Assembly: GCA_963748505.1 (NCBI GenBank)
Contig: CAVVJH010000016.1
Coordinates: 78,292-142,291, forward strand
Direction of reading: 5' to 3'
DNA length: 64,000 nucleotides
Source: Candidatus Dormiibacterota bacterium
GTDB taxonomy: Bacteria; Chloroflexota; Dormibacteria; Aeolococcales; Aeolococcaceae
Below, piece after piece: positions 29,932 to 39,978 of this stretch (position 1 is the stretch's first letter; the number at the start of each line of letters is the position of its first letter). The translations under genes were made by a program, and so were the position numbers. The notes under the pieces were generated by a model. That model saw only the letters and a program-made list of their open reading frames with translations. It was not told the DNA's origin and did no database searches.

Positions 29932-31994
29932 TCAGTAGAAGAGGTGGTGGATCGCGATCGTCGGGATGGCGAGGATCGCGATGATGTTCATCACCTTGAT
30001 CATGGGGTTGATCGCGGGGCCGGCGGTGTCCTTGCTGGGATCGCCCACCGTGTCGCCGGTGACGGCTGCGGCGTGCGCGTCCGACCCCTTGCCCCCGAAG
30101 TTGCCTTCCTCGATGTATTTCTTGGCGTTGTCCCACGCACCGCCGCCGGTGGTCATCTGCAACGCGACGAACACGCCGACCACGATGGTGCCGAGCAGCA
30201 TCGCGCCAAGGGCCTGCGCACCCAGAATGAACCCGACGGCCAAGGGGGCGAGGACGGGGAGCAGACCCGGCAGGATCATCTCCCGTTGCGCGGCGGCGGT
30301 CACCAGCGCGACGCACTTCCCGTATTCCGGCTTGGCGGTGCCCTCCATGATCCCGGGGATCTCGCGGAACTGGCGGCGCACCTCGGTCACGACTCCGCCC
30401 GCCGCGCGACCCACCGCGAGCATGGCGAGCGATCCGAAGAGGAACGGCATGATGCCGCCGAGCAGGAGCCCCGCAATGACCGGCGGGGCGGTGAGGTCGA
30501 ACGTCGCCTTGGGCAAACCATTGGCGAGCAATGTGTTGTTGAGGATGTCCGTGTAGCTCGCGAAGAGCACCAGGGCTGCGAGGGCGGCGGAGCCGATCGC
30601 GTACCCCTTGGTGACGGCCTTGGTGGTGTTGCCGACCGCGTCGAGTGCGTCGGTCACGGTGCGCACCGACTCGGGAAGATTGGCCATCTCCGCGATGCCA
30701 CCGGCGTTGTCGGTAATCGGTCCGTAGGAGTTGATCGCGACCACGATGCCGGTCATGCTGAGCAGCGCCATCGCCGCGATGCCGATGCCGTAGATGCCAC
30801 CCAGCGATGCCGAGGCCAGGATGCCGACGGCGATGATGAGCACCGGTATCGCCGTCCCTTCCATGCCGATCGCGAGCCCCGCGATGATGTTGGTCGCATG
30901 TCCGGTCTGCGACGCGCGGGCGATGGTGCGCACCGGCCAGAACTGCGAGCCGGTGAAGAACTCCGTGACCGCCACGATGAGTACCGTAATGACGATGCCG
31001 ATCACGGCGCACCAGAAGAGATTGAACACCGGGTGATCGAAATGGTTGAGATAGCCGCCGTTGTTCAGCAGCACCGTGATCAGCAGGAATCCCGCGAGCG
31101 CGACGACTCTGACACGAGGAGGCCGCGATAAAGCGCGCCCATGATCCAGGTGCCACGACCCATGCGCACGAAGAACGTGCCGATGATCGAGGCCACGATG
31201 CTGACCGCACCAAGCATCAGCGGATAGAAGACGAACACGAGATCCGGATGGCCGCCGGGTTTGTAGAGCAGGCTGCCCAGCAACATGGTGGCGACCGCAG
31301 TGACCGCGTAGGTCTCGAAGAGGTCCGCAGCCATGCCCGCGCAGTCGCCGACGTTGTCGCCGACGTTGTCGGCGATGACCGCCGGGTTGCGCGGGTCATC
31401 CTCCGGGATGCCGGCCTCCAGCTTGCCGACCAGGTCGGCCCCGACGTCCGCCGCCTTGGTGTAGATGCCACCGCCGAGGCGCGCGAACACCGAGATGAGC
31501 GACGCTCCGAAGGCAAAGCCCACCAGCGCGTTGAAATCCTGGAACACGCCGTAGGCAAGCGCCACGCCGATCAGCCCGAAACCCACCACGAAGAAACCGG
31601 TCACCGCACCGCCCTTGAAGGCGAGCTGCAGGGCCGGGTTGACGCCGTTGCGGGCAGCCTCGGCGGTGCGCAGGTTCGAGCGCACCGAGATGTTCATGCC
31701 GACGTAGCCGGCGGCCCCGCTGAGCACCGCTCCGATCAGGAAGAGGACACCCGTCTTCCACCCGAGCGAGAAGGTGAGGAACAAAAAGATCACCGCCCCG
31801 ATGCCGGAGATGATCAGGTACTGGCGGTTGAGGTACGCCTGCGCGCCTTCCTGGATCGCCTTGGCGATCTCCTTCATGGTGTCGTTGCCTTCGGGTTTGC
31901 GAAGGACCCAGAAGATCAGATAGACGGCGAACAGGAGAGCGAGCAGTCCGGCTGCCGCGATGGGGAGCAGGACTGCGCGGTCAAGGGTCGGCAT
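29932..31994 (-). CDS. hppA: Membrane-bound pyrophosphate-energised proton pump; frame break near 31110
   Basis: Fragments 31080..31994 ([40 protein letters not shown]) and 29932..31074 ([34 protein letters not shown]). The join [24 protein letters not shown] needs one extra base. Composite length is 3n-1. Confidence 0.9.
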
Positions 31995-32114
31995 GCGCTC
32001 AGGTCTCCTAAGGGATGTGAGTGAGTGCCCGGGCGGCTGTCATCCGCGCCACCCCGAGGGCCGATGCATTGTATCCGGCCCGTCGTCCGATACACCAACG
32101 CCTATGCTGGCCGG

Positions 32115-32892
32115 GTGCCGAAAGCCACCGGCCTGACCGCCATTCTGACGGTCGGCGACGAGATACTCAGCGGCCACACCCAGGACACCAATTCGAGCTT
32201 TCTTGCCCGAATGGCGTTCGCGGCAGGGCGGCCGGTGGTCCGGATCGAGGTGGTCGCCGACCAGCTGGCGGCAATCGTCGCCGCCATCCATCGCGCGCTC
32301 GACGATCCGGAGATCACGCGGATCGCGGTGTGCGGCGGCATCGGGCCGACGCCGGACGATCGAACCTTCCAGGCGGTCGGCGAAGCACTCGGACGCCCAC
32401 TCGTGCTGAACCCGGTCGCCTACGCCAACCTGGAGGCGCTGGCGCAGCGGATGCACGCCGCCGGCTGGATCGACAAGCCGGTCGTGACCGAGGCCAATCG
32501 TCGCTGCGCGATTGTGCCCACCGGCGCGGTCGTGCTCACCAATCGCAAAGGCTCGGCGCCGCCGCTCGCGATCGAGGTGGGCGAGGACCGATGGCTCTTC
32601 GTGCTTCCCGGAATCCCGCGCGAGTTCGTCACCATCGTGGAAGAGGAACTCATCCCGCAGTACTTCACGGGCGCGCCGGCGCCGGTGGTACGCGAGGTGC
32701 ACTACCGGTCCGTGCCCGAGTTCGGAGATGTACGAGCCAATGATGGTGCTCGAGGCGGAATTCCCCGACATCACTGTCGGCTCATACCCGCACGTTGAGC
32801 AACGCGAACTCGTGATCCGTCTCCGTGGGCACGAAGCGGAGCGCGTCGATGCCGCGGTTGCACGGCTGCGCTCGTTGCGCAGCGACGCCTAA
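32115..32892 (+). CDS. CinA-like molybdopterin-binding (MoCF_biosynth) domain protein; frame break near 32720
   Basis: GLTAILTVGDEILSGHTQDTNSSFLA...VCGGIGPTPDDRT...FVLPGIPREF. The C-terminus continues in ORF 32512..32892. Confidence 0.7.
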
Positions 32893-32903
32893 GTCGAAGG
32901 TGT

Positions 32904-32925
32904 CGTAGCGGGTTGCCCCGCTGCG
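32904..32925. terminator. 9-bp stem / 4-nt loop hairpin between convergent cinA-like and csp genes
   Basis: CGTAGCGGG-TTGC-CCCGCTGCG. It starts 12 nt after the cinA-like stop and ends 2 nt before the csp stop. No U-tract. Confidence 0.45.
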
Positions 32926-32926
32926 A

Positions 32927-33127
32927 TCAGACCTTCTGCAGGTTGCGCGCGCGCGGTCCCTTGGGCGAGTCAACGATGTCGAACGTGACCTGCTCGCCTT
33001 CCTGGAGGGCGTCGAAGTCGACAGTTGTCAGCTCGGTGCGATGAAAGAACACTTCGTTGCCATCATCTGCGCGTACGAAACCAAATCCACGGTCTGGAAT
33101 GATTTTCTTGATTCGGCCAGCGGTCAC
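32927..33127 (-). CDS. cspA: Cold-shock protein (CSD)
   Basis: GRIKKIIPDRGFGFVRADDGNEVFFH (RNP1/RNP2). GTG 33127 is preceded by GGAGGA at a 6-nt spacing. Confidence 0.85.
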   Translation of the reverse strand: MTAGRIKKIIPDRGFGFVRADDGNEVFFHRTELTTVDFDALQEGEQVTFDIVDSPKGPRARNLQKV

Positions 33128-33267
33128 AGCTTGTCCTCCAGGACTCTCGCCGACACGGACGCCCACCGCGTTCACGACCACATGGGAGCGTTCCCTGTCA
33201 GCAACGGGAACCCGCAAAGACCGCGATGGAAGCACCGCAAGATGGTGATTTCTCACCGTTTCGGTGC

Positions 33268-34431
33268 TCACCGCAGCATAGCAGGGTGCTCCGTTGAGCC
33301 GCGTTCCCAGGCGGCACGGAGCTCATGCAGGCTGTCGGGGAGATTCGCGTAGTAGTCATCGGCATCGATGTGCTGCGGCCACGGATCGGATGGGGTTTGT
33401 TCGCGCTCGCGGCGCGCCTGTTCGAGCCAGACGCTGCCGAACGCGGTCGGCGTTCCGGATGCATCGACGATGCCCATGTCGCGCAGATGTTCGTCCCTGT
33501 CGAAGGGTGGTACAACCGCGGCTCGCGGCCCGGGATTGCTCCACATCGCAGCCATGACACCGGCGCATCCGGAATCGATGAGTGCGTCCAGCGCGCCGGC
33601 GACGAACCGCCGTGTTTGCGCGTCGACTTCAGTGTCGTCGTCGTCAGTCTGCCGCGTGTCAGCGTAGGCGCCAAGGTGCGCCATCAGCGGCACGGCGCCG
33701 GCGAGCGACTGGCAGAGCTGCACGAGGAAGGTCGCAGCCGCGGCGTCATGCACACCGCCAACCTCGGCCAGCGCACTGCCGGTCACAACGAAGCCCAGCG
33801 CATCCACGACGGCCGCCACCACCGATGGGCGGACGGCGCGCGCGGTGACGATGTCGTCGGCGCTCAACGAGAGCATGCATCGTTGCTCGCGCTCATGGAT
33901 GCGCTCGCTCAACAGGGCGGTCCAGCTGCGCAGGTGCTCGATGCGCTGCGGTCGCACGCCACCAGCAGGATCATGTCCCAAGTCCCACATCGTGATCGCC
34001 GGATGTCCCGCGAAAGCGGCGAGCATCTCGTCGATCCAGCGCACAGACACTTCGACCATGAGCGGATCGGTATAGAGGTAGCGCGGACCGCCGGGCTGCG
34101 TGACCGCATCCGAGACCACTCTGATACCCGTGCGGCGGGCATTCACATCGATTGCGTACGCCGGCAACATCACACACTTGCCGAGCGCCTGCATGAAGAG
34201 CACCGGCACAACCTGCAGGGAGAGGTCCGCGGCCGTGGCGAGGAAGTGCTCGAACTCGCGCAACCGTCCCGGTTCGACCCGCGCTGGTGTGGGCATGAAC
34301 GCATCCCAGAGCAGGTGCGTGCGCACTGTGCGATGACCCGCTGCCTTGATCGCTCGCAGGTCCGAAACCGTTCGTGACCGGTCGTACTCGTGCCACAGAT
34401 AGGGTCCGACCTCGCGCGACCAGTACGTCAC
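33268..34431 (-). CDS. Hypothetical protein, possibly a TIM-barrel glycoside-hydrolase-like fold; start uncertain
   Basis: LRAIKAAGHRTVRTHLLWDAFMP...VVPVLF... The longest ORF start (34596) overlaps the SDR gene, so I used GTG 34431. Confidence 0.4.
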   Translation of the reverse strand: MTYWSREVGPYLWHEYDRSRTVSDLRAIKAAGHRTVRTHLLWDAFMPTPARVEPGRLREFEHFLATAADLSLQVVPVLFMQALGKCVMLPAYAIDVNARRTGIRVVSDAVTQPGGPRYLYTDPLMVEVSVRWIDEMLAAFAGHPAITMWDLGHDPAGGVRPQRIEHLRSWTALLSERIHEREQRCMLSLSADDIVTARAVRPSVVAAVVDALGFVVTGSALAEVGGVHDAAAATFLVQLCQSLAGAVPLMAHLGAYADTRQTDDDDTEVDAQTRRFVAGALDALIDSGCAGVMAAMWSNPGPRAAVVPPFDRDEHLRDMGIVDASGTPTAFGSVWLEQARREREQTPSDPWPQHIDADDYYANLPDSLHELRAAWERGSTEHPAMLR

Positions 34432-34477
34432 GCCGATATCGACCGGCTCACGCGACGTCGCGCTCGACAGCTGCGGG

Positions 34478-35311
34478 TCAGTAGACGAAGAGGTCGATGC
34501 CTCCTGCAACCGTGAGCACCTGTCCCGTGATGTAGCGCGCTTCGGGTGAGACCAGGAACACGATGGCGCTGGCGATATCGTCCGGCTCACCCGCACTGCG
34601 CATCGCGGTGCGGAGCACCATGCGGTCGTTCATGCGCACATCGCCCATCTTCCACGCCTCAGTGCCGATGATGCCCGGCGCGATGATGTTCGCGGTGATG
34701 CCGAAACGTGCACCCTCGAGTGCCATCGACTTGCCGAGACCGATCAGCGACGCCTTGGTCGCCGCATACGACGCCTGACCGAATCCGCCCAACGTCCCCG
34801 CAACCGATGCCATGTAGATGACGCGCCCCCAACCCTGTTCGCGCATGTACGGCCACGCCGCTTTCGTGCAGTTGAACGCACCCGAAAGGTTCACGCGCAA
34901 GTCTCGATCCCACAGCTCATCGCTCTGATGCTCAATCTGCGCGACGTGGTCCAGCGTGCCCGCGTTGTTCACCAGGATATCGATGGACCCGAAGTCCTTC
35001 TTGATGGTCGCAAACACTTCCTTGATCTGCTCGCGGTTGGTCACGTCCATCTTCATCGCCGCGGACCGCCGGCCCATCTTCCGAATCTCTTCGCTCGTCT
35101 GTTCCGAATAGACGACGTGCTGCGACGTGAACAGTTGCGCGAGCGCCGAATGCGCTGCCTCAGCAGTTTGTTCGAGAGCCGGGTCCGACTCGATGAGGAT
35201 GTCGGTGACAACGACGTCGGCGCCGGCCCGAGCAAGCGCGAGGCAATCGGCTCTGCCGAGTCCACGCGATCCTCCGGTGACAACGGCGACCTTCCCGGTC
35301 AGATCGAACAT
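34478..35311 (-). CDS. Short-chain dehydrogenase/reductase (FabG-like)
   Basis: VAVVTGGSRGLGRA, NNAG, and the catalytic YAATKAS. Confidence 0.85.
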   Translation of the reverse strand: MFDLTGKVAVVTGGSRGLGRADCLALARAGADVVVTDILIESDPALEQTAEAAHSALAQLFTSQHVVYSEQTSEEIRKMGRRSAAMKMDVTNREQIKEVFATIKKDFGSIDILVNNAGTLDHVAQIEHQSDELWDRDLRVNLSGAFNCTKAAWPYMREQGWGRVIYMASVAGTLGGFGQASYAATKASLIGLGKSMALEGARFGITANIIAPGIIGTEAWKMGDVRMNDRMVLRTAMRSAGEPDDIASAIVFLVSPEARYITGQVLTVAGGIDLFVY

Positions 35312-35442
35312 ACAACGCTCCTCGACAGACGGCTCATGCGATCCAAGAGCTTAGCGCTCGCTCCGCGACGCGGTACGCGCGGGCGGCCCAGCCGGGCGAT
35401 CAAGGCGACGGGCGGCCAGCCGCTCAGCGTGCAGGCGCCGAA

Positions 35443-35573
35443 CTGAGAGACACAGCGCCGGGCAAGGCGGAACCGGCCGGCCAGTGCACGATCGGGCGGA
35501 GAGCCACAACGACTGGGCAAGGCGGGACGAGCGGTAGTTCATGTGGCGGGCTGAGAGCCACAACGACTGCCAA
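35443..35573 (-). repeat. Tandem ~55-bp repeats (about 2.5 units) duplicating the outer flank and arm start of the hairpin element
   Basis: GAGAGACACAGCGCCGGGCAAGGCGGAAC / GAGAGCCACAACGACTGGGCAAGGCGGGAC / GAGAGCCACAACGACTGCCAAGGCGGGAC. Confidence 0.7.
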
Positions 35574-35694
35574 GGCGGGACGGGGCGGGCGGGGGCTCGG
35601 CGCATTGGGGAGCGAGCGAGAGAGCGCGATAATTTATTTGCGCGAACGAGCGAGCGACACGCTAAGCAAGAGACCCCGCCCACCCCGTCCCGCC
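35574..35694 (-). repeat. Hairpin element copy A (25-nt arms, ~70-nt conserved core); candidate structured 3'-UTR RNA or terminator module
   Basis: Arms GGCGGGACGGGGCGGGCGGGGGCTC / GAGACCCCGCCCACCCCGTCCCGCC. The core is shared with copies B-D. It lies 100 nt downstream of the ACAD stop. Confidence 0.8.
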
Positions 35695-35793
35695 CGACCA
35701 CAGGCGAACCCAGGAAGACCTCTCAGCCGAGCGCGGCTGCGCGACCCGCGCAGCGCCACGAAGGGCGGCCAGCAGGCGAGCTGGCCGAAGGTC

Positions 35794-37035
35794 TCAGCTC
35801 GCAGCCGCGATGCGCTCCGTCGGGACCTCCGCAACGACCTGCGGACGAGCACCCGTCGCGGTCCGCTCACCGAGGATGTAGCGACTGATGACCAGGCGCT
35901 GGATCTCCGCGGTTCCTTCCCAGATCTGATAGATCTTGGCGTCGCGCATGAAGCGCTCGACGGGATATTCCTTGATGTATCCGTAGCCACCGAGGATCTG
36001 CACGGCGTCGACCGTCACGCGCATCGCCATGTCGCCGGCGAACAACTTGGCCATCGAGCCCTCTCCGCGGGCCATCGGGATGCGGTTCATCGCCATCCAT
36101 CCGGCGCGCCAGATGAGCAGCCGTGCGGCGTCGATCTCGGTCGCCATGTCGGCGAGCTTGAAGGCGATCGCCTCGTGTTGTGAGATCGGCTTGCCGAACG
36201 CGACCCGCTGCTTCGAGTAGTCGCGTGCGAACTCGAAGGCCGCGCGGGCGATGCCGAGCGCGCCGGCGCCGACCATCGGTCGGGTGGCCTCGAGCATGAT
36301 CATCGCGCCAACGCTTCCGGGGCCGGTCAGGTTGCCGCTGTTGTCGTAGCCGAGGCGCTGATCGTCGGGGACGAAACAGTCCTCGAAGATCACCTGTGCG
36401 GTGTGCGACGCGCGGACGCCGAGCTTGCGCTCCTTGCGGCCCTGGCGCATGCCGGTCGTGCCCTTCTCGATGACGAAACCCGCCACTCCGGCAGACCCCT
36501 GGGACTTGTCGGTGGTGGCGAACGCAACCTGAACGTCAGCAATCCCGCCGTTGGTGCAGAACTGCTTCGTGCCGTTGAGGACGTAGCCGCCGTCGACCTT
36601 CGTCGCCGTTGTCTCCAGCGCCATCGAATCGGAGCCGCTGTTGGGCTCGGTGAGCCCCATGGCACCGATCTTCAATTCGGGGCCGCAGAGCATCGAGATG
36701 TACTTCTCTTTCTGCTCCTCGGTTCCCATCGCGGTGATGGCGGCACCGGCGAGGCCGGTCGCCCCGATCGAGGTCGCGATGCCGGCATCGCCCCAGGAAA
36801 GCTCCTCTTCGCGGATCAGGTTGGTGATCAGGTCGATGCCGCCGCCGCCGTACTGCTCGGGAAAGCTCGCGGTGGCGTCGAGCCCCAGCGCGTGCGCCTT
36901 GCGCATGACGTCCCAGGGGGTTTCCTCGGCCTCGTCGTAGCGCTCCGCAACCGGGCGCATCTCCTTCTCGGCGAACTCGTGAGCAAGGCCGCGGATTTCC
37001 TCTTGTTCGCGGGTGAGCGAGAAGTCGATTCCCAT
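35794..37035 (-). CDS. Acyl-CoA dehydrogenase
   Basis: GAMGLTEPNSGSDS...QILGGYGYIKEYPVERFMRDAKIYQIWEGTAEIQ. Confidence 0.9.
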   Translation of the reverse strand: MGIDFSLTREQEEIRGLAHEFAEKEMRPVAERYDEAEETPWDVMRKAHALGLDATASFPEQYGGGGIDLITNLIREEELSWGDAGIATSIGATGLAGAAITAMGTEEQKEKYISMLCGPELKIGAMGLTEPNSGSDSMALETTATKVDGGYVLNGTKQFCTNGGIADVQVAFATTDKSQGSAGVAGFVIEKGTTGMRQGRKERKLGVRASHTAQVIFEDCFVPDDQRLGYDNSGNLTGPGSVGAMIMLEATRPMVGAGALGIARAAFEFARDYSKQRVAFGKPISQHEAIAFKLADMATEIDAARLLIWRAGWMAMNRIPMARGEGSMAKLFAGDMAMRVTVDAVQILGGYGYIKEYPVERFMRDAKIYQIWEGTAEIQRLVISRYILGERTATGARPQVVAEVPTERIAAAS

Positions 37036-37046
37036 GTGCCGGTCCC

Positions 37047-37460
37047 TCAGGGTGTGAGCCGGACAGTTGCCCGGCCGTTGGTCAAGACGCGGTCGCCGCG
37101 GTCCGAGGCAGCGCCAATCTCAAGAGTTGCGATGCCATCGTCCACGGCCACGACGGTTCCGGTGCAGATGATCGTGTCGCCGGCACGCAACGGCTTGCTG
37201 AACCTGCAGGAGAGGCTCTGGACGCTCGCACTGCCACCCGCCCAGGCAGCGATTGCGTCGGCGACGATCCCCATCTCGAGGAGGCCGTGGGCGATCGTGC
37301 CCGGGAGGCCGACCGATAGCGCGAACGCCTCATCGACGTGGATCGGGTTGTGGTCCCCGGAGGCGTCCGCATAGGCGTTGATCTGCGCCTGGGTGACGGT
37401 CCGGGAAAGGGGTGTGACGCTGTCTCCGACCCTGACGGCGGCAGCCGTGAGCGCCGTCAT
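37047..37460 (-). CDS. MaoC-like (R)-specific enoyl-CoA hydratase, hotdog fold (HadB-like)
   Basis: YADASGDHNPIHVDEAFALSVGLPGTIAHG. ATG 37460 overlaps the upstream stop (ATGA). Confidence 0.8.
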   Translation of the reverse strand: MTALTAAAVRVGDSVTPLSRTVTQAQINAYADASGDHNPIHVDEAFALSVGLPGTIAHGLLEMGIVADAIAAWAGGSASVQSLSCRFSKPLRAGDTIICTGTVVAVDDGIATLEIGAASDRGDRVLTNGRATVRLTP

Positions 37461-37882
37461 GCGGCCGATCGCAGGATCATCAGCGAGGTTGCCCGGCAGA
37501 CGACAGCGTTGTCCGCCGGCCGGACCGCTTCCATCGCAAGCCGCACGAAGGTCATCCCGCGTTTGAGGTCGACGCTGGTGATCTCGGCCGAGGCATCCAC
37601 CACGTCCCCGGGATGGACGGGCACTGGCCACTCGAAGGATTGGTCGCCGTGAATGAGACCCGCAAGGTCGATGCCGACTTCGGGGTCGTTGAACAGCAGC
37701 GCGAGCGTCGGTTCCAGGCAGTACACAGCGGCATAGGTGGGGGGCACGACATCCGGCTCCCGGACGGGGTCGGAGCCGGCGATTGCAGCGGCGACGGCTC
37801 GAGCCGATTCGGGCGCGATGCGCTGTCCCGGCGCCGTGTAGCGCCGTCCGACGTGGCTCTGGTCAGGCACCTTTCCCCTCAA
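37457..37882 (-). CDS. MaoC-like dehydratase N-terminal-type hotdog subunit (HadA-like partner)
   Basis: PPTYAAVY...LIHGDQSFEWPVPVHPGD. Translationally coupled to 37047..37460. Confidence 0.7.
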   Translation of the reverse strand: MRGKVPDQSHVGRRYTAPGQRIAPESARAVAAAIAGSDPVREPDVVPPTYAAVYCLEPTLALLFNDPEVGIDLAGLIHGDQSFEWPVPVHPGDVVDASAEITSVDLKRGMTFVRLAMEAVRPADNAVVCRATSLMILRSAA

Positions 37883-37940
37883 AAATTGACATCCGTATCA
37901 ACTATTCCGATCGAAACGATACACCGCGTCCGCGGGGCCG

Positions 37941-38957
37941 TCAAAGCTCCAACGACGACAGGGCATCGGGCTCGGGCGCCGTCTCGCCTGCGATGGTCCC
38001 GGCCCAGTTGCGCAACGCCGGCCGGGCATGTGGCTTGAGCGCGTCGGGGAGAACGGCATCGAGGATCCCGAGCCGCTGGAGAACGGCAGTCGCCACGACT
38101 GGAGTGGACTCGAACGACCCTGCCTCGAGTTTGATGGCGATGCCAGGACCGGCTGGACGGACGACCGCGGCCCAGACCGCAGCGCCGCCGATCTTCGCCG
38201 TGAGCTGAGCGCCCGCGACCCCGAGCAGGGCAGTGTCGAAGCGTCCCGTCCCAGCCACCAGATGCGGGTGGGCGGCCATGGCGTCCTGGCATCTCTGGAA
38301 CGCCGGGTCCGAGGCGGCCGCGGCGAAGCCGGTGGCGAGGGCGAGCAACGTTATCCCGTACGTCGTCAGGCCACACCCGTCGATGCCGCGAGGAGCTTCG
38401 GAAAGATCGATGCCGAGGATTTCGCTCATGGCTGCGGTCACCGTCTGCTGGCATGGGTGCTCGAGATCCATGTAGCCGTCGAGCGGCCACCCCATGACCG
38501 CACAGGTGGCAAGCATCGCCGCGTGCTTCCCGGAGCAGTTGTTGTGAATCGGCTTCGGCACCCCGCCCGACGCGAGCAGGCGACGAGCGGTCGGCTCGTC
38601 TGAGGGAAGTTGCGGCCCGCAGCCGAGCGCCTCCTCCGGGACCGACGCTTTGGCCAGCAGGCCACGGACGGCCGCCACGTGCTCGTCCTCGCCCTGATGA
38701 GAGGCACAGGCGATCGCGATCTCTGCCACCGAAGCCCCCAGCTTGTCCGCCGCGAGTCGCACGAAGGGCAGCGCCTGCAGCGGCTTGACGCAGCTGCGCA
38801 TCGTGGTTGCCGCAAGGGGATCGCCGACGAAGGTGATCGGGTTACCTTCGGCGTCGGCCACGACGACATGACCGCGAATCCGGGCCTCCACGACGTCGCC
38901 CCGCCAGACCGTGGCGAGTACCGGGGGCACATAGTCACTAAGGGCGTCCTGGACCAC
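37941..38957 (-). CDS. Asparaginase II family protein
   Basis: MRSCVKPLQALPFV...NNCSGKHAAMLATC. Confidence 0.7.
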   Translation of the reverse strand: MVQDALSDYVPPVLATVWRGDVVEARIRGHVVVADAEGNPITFVGDPLAATTMRSCVKPLQALPFVRLAADKLGASVAEIAIACASHQGEDEHVAAVRGLLAKASVPEEALGCGPQLPSDEPTARRLLASGGVPKPIHNNCSGKHAAMLATCAVMGWPLDGYMDLEHPCQQTVTAAMSEILGIDLSEAPRGIDGCGLTTYGITLLALATGFAAAASDPAFQRCQDAMAAHPHLVAGTGRFDTALLGVAGAQLTAKIGGAAVWAAVVRPAGPGIAIKLEAGSFESTPVVATAVLQRLGILDAVLPDALKPHARPALRNWAGTIAGETAPEPDALSSLEL

Positions 38958-39024
38958 CTCTTCACTTTGACGGGGGAAAGCCCGTTTTGGTACGGTCGCC
39001 CGCGATCACCGGGGAAGAGGGCAC

Positions 39025-39954
39025 ATGACCCCGGATTCGTCCGTATCACTGCACACGTGCATGGGAGCAGCGATCGCGACCCACGTTCATCGATTTGTAC
39101 GGCATCTCTGGGTGCTCGCGGTAGCGGCGGTCCTGATTGTGCTCGTGGCACGACCCGCTCAGGTCCCGGCCGCTCCGCTGCTTCGCAACCTCGCCGCGAT
39201 CCAGATCAACGCCGTCGTGGAGAATTCGGCGACGGTCACCGCGATCGCCGTCAAGCCGATCAAGACGGTCGTCCTGCAGCCGGGTCAGACGCTGGCCACC
39301 CTGGCCACGCAATACAAGGTGCCGGTATCGGCGATCCAGTGGGGCAACCAGCTGACAGCCGCGGTCGTGCCCAAGGCCGGCTCAACCTTGCTGATTCCAC
39401 CGGGGCAGGGCGCACTCGTTGCGGTCCTCCCTGCTGAGACGCCCACCGCATTCGCGGCGCGCATGCACCTCGACCCTGCCGTGGTCCTCGACTACAACAA
39501 CCTGAGCAGCAACGGGCCGATGCTCGGCGGCTCCTACCTGCAGGTGCCGCTGTCGCGCGCGCCGGCCGGATCGCTCATCGGCTCGTACTTCGTTGACGCG
39601 CAGAACGGCGTGCCGTCGGTCCCGGTGCAGACCCCGCTCCACGACGGCTTCCCCTACGGCCAGTGCACGTACTACGTGGCAACGCGGCGCGCAGTCAACT
39701 GGGGCGGCAATGCCGTCGAGTGGTGGTGGAGCGCACGCGGTCACCGCCCCGAAGGACATGTTCCCGTGCAAGGGGCGATCGTCGTCTTCAACATCGGATG
39801 GGTCGGTCACGTCGCCTACGTTGAGCACGTGAACCAGGACGGAACCTTCCTTGTGTCCGAGATGAACTATCACGCGGGCGGGGGAGGATGGGGACGCGTC
39901 GACTACCGAACCATTGATGACAACGATGCTTCCATCCTCGGGTTTGTCTACTGA
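39025..39954 (+). CDS. Membrane-anchored LysM (x2) plus CHAP peptidoglycan hydrolase
   Basis: TM helix HLWVLAVAAVLIVLV. LysM VVLQPGQTLATLATQYKVPVSAIQWGN. CHAP FPYGQCTYYVA...GHVAYVEHV. Confidence 0.8.
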   Translation: MTPDSSVSLHTCMGAAIATHVHRFVRHLWVLAVAAVLIVLVARPAQVPAAPLLRNLAAIQINAVVENSATVTAIAVKPIKTVVLQPGQTLATLATQYKVPVSAIQWGNQLTAAVVPKAGSTLLIPPGQGALVAVLPAETPTAFAARMHLDPAVVLDYNNLSSNGPMLGGSYLQVPLSRAPAGSLIGSYFVDAQNGVPSVPVQTPLHDGFPYGQCTYYVATRRAVNWGGNAVEWWWSARGHRPEGHVPVQGAIVVFNIGWVGHVAYVEHVNQDGTFLVSEMNYHAGGGGWGRVDYRTIDDNDASILGFVY

Positions 39955-39978
39955 GGGCCTTTATGGCGTCGGTGGTGG

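Noticed and set aside
35574-35694. The hairpin elements as integron attC sites, classical MITEs, or small-protein genes
   Set aside because: attC sites conserve the outer R/L boxes and vary centrally, which is the reverse of what is seen here, and no intI is present. MITE ends are conserved between copies, whereas here they are copy-specific, and I saw no target-site duplication. Open frames through the core exist on both strands, as expected from the GAGCGA repeats, but they lack a consistent start or SD.
38958-39060. Cyclic-di-AMP (ydaO-type) riboswitch upstream of the LysM-CHAP hydrolase, as found ahead of actinobacterial cell-wall hydrolase genes
   Set aside because: The leader is about 100 nt at most. 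I could not find the paired ACGGGGA/CCCG pseudo-symmetric motifs. This needs a covariance-model scan to be fully excluded.
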